A DNA stretch of 32,000 nt from Candidatus Saccharimonadota bacterium (GTDB lineage: Bacteria > Patescibacteriota > Gracilibacteria > UBA1369 > 2-02-FULL-48-14), in NCBI GenBank assembly GCA_016699145.1, contig CP064962.1:1-32000 (forward strand), in the 5' to 3' direction. A program made the translations under genes and the position numbers. Positions within the stretch are counted from its first letter, which is position 1, and the number at the start of each line of letters is the position of its first letter. The notes beneath the pieces are model-generated. The model had not been told where the DNA came from, searched no databases, and saw only the letters and a program-made list of their open reading frames with translations. Shown piece after piece: positions 30,943-32,000 of this stretch.

Positions 30943-31644
30943 ATGGCTTCAAAGTCCAACAACACTCAAACTCTTGTAATCGGTCTCAGTTTTTTGGCCG
31001 TCGGTCTCATCTTAGGCCTGATGCTCGCAAATAAAGTGGTCGTCGACAGTCAAAGCACAGAAAGTAACGAGACGGTGAATGTGGAACAACTGGAAACAGT
31101 TTCCGTCAGTGAAGACGATGACGCTTCCATCGGTTCTGATGATGCACCCGTAACCATTATTGAATTCAGCGATTTTCAATGTTACTGGTGTGGACGCTTC
31201 CATGCAGACACGCTTCCTTCTCTCCTTAAGAACTATGTAGATGCAGGCATTGTGCGCCTCGTGATTCGGGACTTCCCCGCGGGAAGCCACCCTGAAGCCA
31301 AGTTGGCCGCTCAATCGGCTGAATGTGTGAGGGCTTATACTATGGAGGAAGATCCAGACCTCGCGTACTTTGAAATGCACGATCTTTTATTCAACAATCA
31401 AACCGCTTGGTCCGGCAAATCCGACGCCAAGGAGCAACTCATTGCCTTAGCTAAAGACAATTTGGACGTCGACATTAAAAACTGTCTCGATACAGAAGAG
31501 ATGCAAGCAGAAGTGGAAGCCGATTATGTAGCGGGTAGGAGTTATGGCATAGGCGGTACGCCCACTTTCTTCGTGAACGGAAAGAAATTGGTGGGAGCTT
31601 GGCCTTATGAAACCTTCGAAACCGTGATCAAGGCCCTTCGCTAA
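30943..31644 (+). CDS. membrane-anchored DsbA-family thiol:disulfide oxidoreductase
   Basis: N-terminal TM helix (LVIGLSFLAVGLILGLMLA), thioredoxin-fold CxxC (FSDFQCYWCGRFH) and GTPTFFVNG. Confidence 0.85.
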   Translation: MASKSNNTQTLVIGLSFLAVGLILGLMLANKVVVDSQSTESNETVNVEQLETVSVSEDDDASIGSDDAPVTIIEFSDFQCYWCGRFHADTLPSLLKNYVDAGIVRLVIRDFPAGSHPEAKLAAQSAECVRAYTMEEDPDLAYFEMHDLLFNNQTAWSGKSDAKEQLIALAKDNLDVDIKNCLDTEEMQAEVEADYVAGRSYGIGGTPTFFVNGKKLVGAWPYETFETVIKALR

Positions 31645-31672
31645 ATCAAGATCAAAATTTAATCCGAATCTT

Positions 31673-32000
31673 ATGTTTTTCGATGAAGTGTCCCTAGAAT
31701 TGGAAGGAGGAAAAGGCGGCAATGGAGCCCTATTTTTTCACCGCGAAAAATACGTGGAAGCCGGCGGGCCTGACGGAGGAGACGGGGGCAATGGAGGCAG
31801 CCTGGTTTTAGAAGCGGATGAAAACTACAACACCCTCCAGCACTTCATGGGGAAGAAGCATTACAAAGCTCACAATGGAGAAAATGGCTTCAAAAACGAT
31901 ATGGCCGGCCATGCAGGGGAAGACTTGGTTTTAAAGGTGCCCGTGGGCACTCTTGTGCACGATAAAGAATCGGACGAAGTGATTGCAGATCTCGATAAAA
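31673..32000 (+). CDS. obg: GTPase Obg, N-terminal part (truncated by the window end)
   Basis: MFFDEVSLELEGGKGGNGALFFHREKYVEAGGPDGGDGGNGGSLVLEADENYNTL is the Obg fold's glycine-rich N-domain. The frame stays open to the end of the window. Confidence 0.9.
   Translation, partial: MFFDEVSLELEGGKGGNGALFFHREKYVEAGGPDGGDGGNGGSLVLEADENYNTLQHFMGKKHYKAHNGENGFKNDMAGHAGEDLVLKVPVGTLVHDKESDEVIADLDK

Noticed and set aside
1-32000. Alternative genetic code (UGA read as Gly or Trp) as an explanation for the broken genes
   Set aside because: The breaks are true frame changes, not in-frame TGA codons. TGA also cleanly terminates conserved genes (murC, yggT, yggS, the toxin and the kinase), as do TAA and TAG.

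Overview
This is a very gene-dense bacterial chromosomal window with tight operons, many ATGA-type start/stop overlaps and mostly weak Shine-Dalgarno signals. It uses standard stop codons: TGA, TAA and TAG each terminate a conserved gene, so there is no UGA recoding. The backbone is housekeeping: murC, an S51 peptidase, cysS, yggT, murJ, ribD, ribBA, tsf, rpsB, yggS, der, uvrC, yqeY, tRNA-Leu(CAA), a DsbA-like oxidoreductase and obg (3' end cut by the window). Accessory content sits between these genes: a sortase-type surface protein, a TM-HAMP-PP2C phosphatase, a transporter-HEAT fusion, an orphan 346-aa gene behind a near-consensus promoter, a Pol-beta-type nucleotidyltransferase protein and a RelE/Phd-type toxin-antitoxin pair. 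The best candidates for new biology are the following. (1) One same-strand operon (15742..21084) encodes an orphan 690-aa acidic protein, an RsbW-like Ser kinase, a STAS protein and two glycosyltransferases. No sigma factor is in the window, and the matching PP2C phosphatase lies about 10 kb away. (2) UvrC carries a GNAT-like insertion of about 135 aa inside its RNase H-like incision domain. (3) Two perfect 20-bp palindromes share a CTCTAGAG core; one abuts a strong promoter and the other lies inside the orphan gene. (4) A roughly 32-nt motif is shared upstream of two membrane-protein operons. About ten frameshifts break murC, the S51 peptidase, a GT4 gene and uvrC. Outside murC each is a single-base contraction of a homopolymer run (A or T; the second uvrC break could instead be in an adjacent C run), which points to sequence error rather than gene decay. 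The gene organisation is compatible with a small-genome uncultivated lineage, but taxonomy cannot be established from this window alone.
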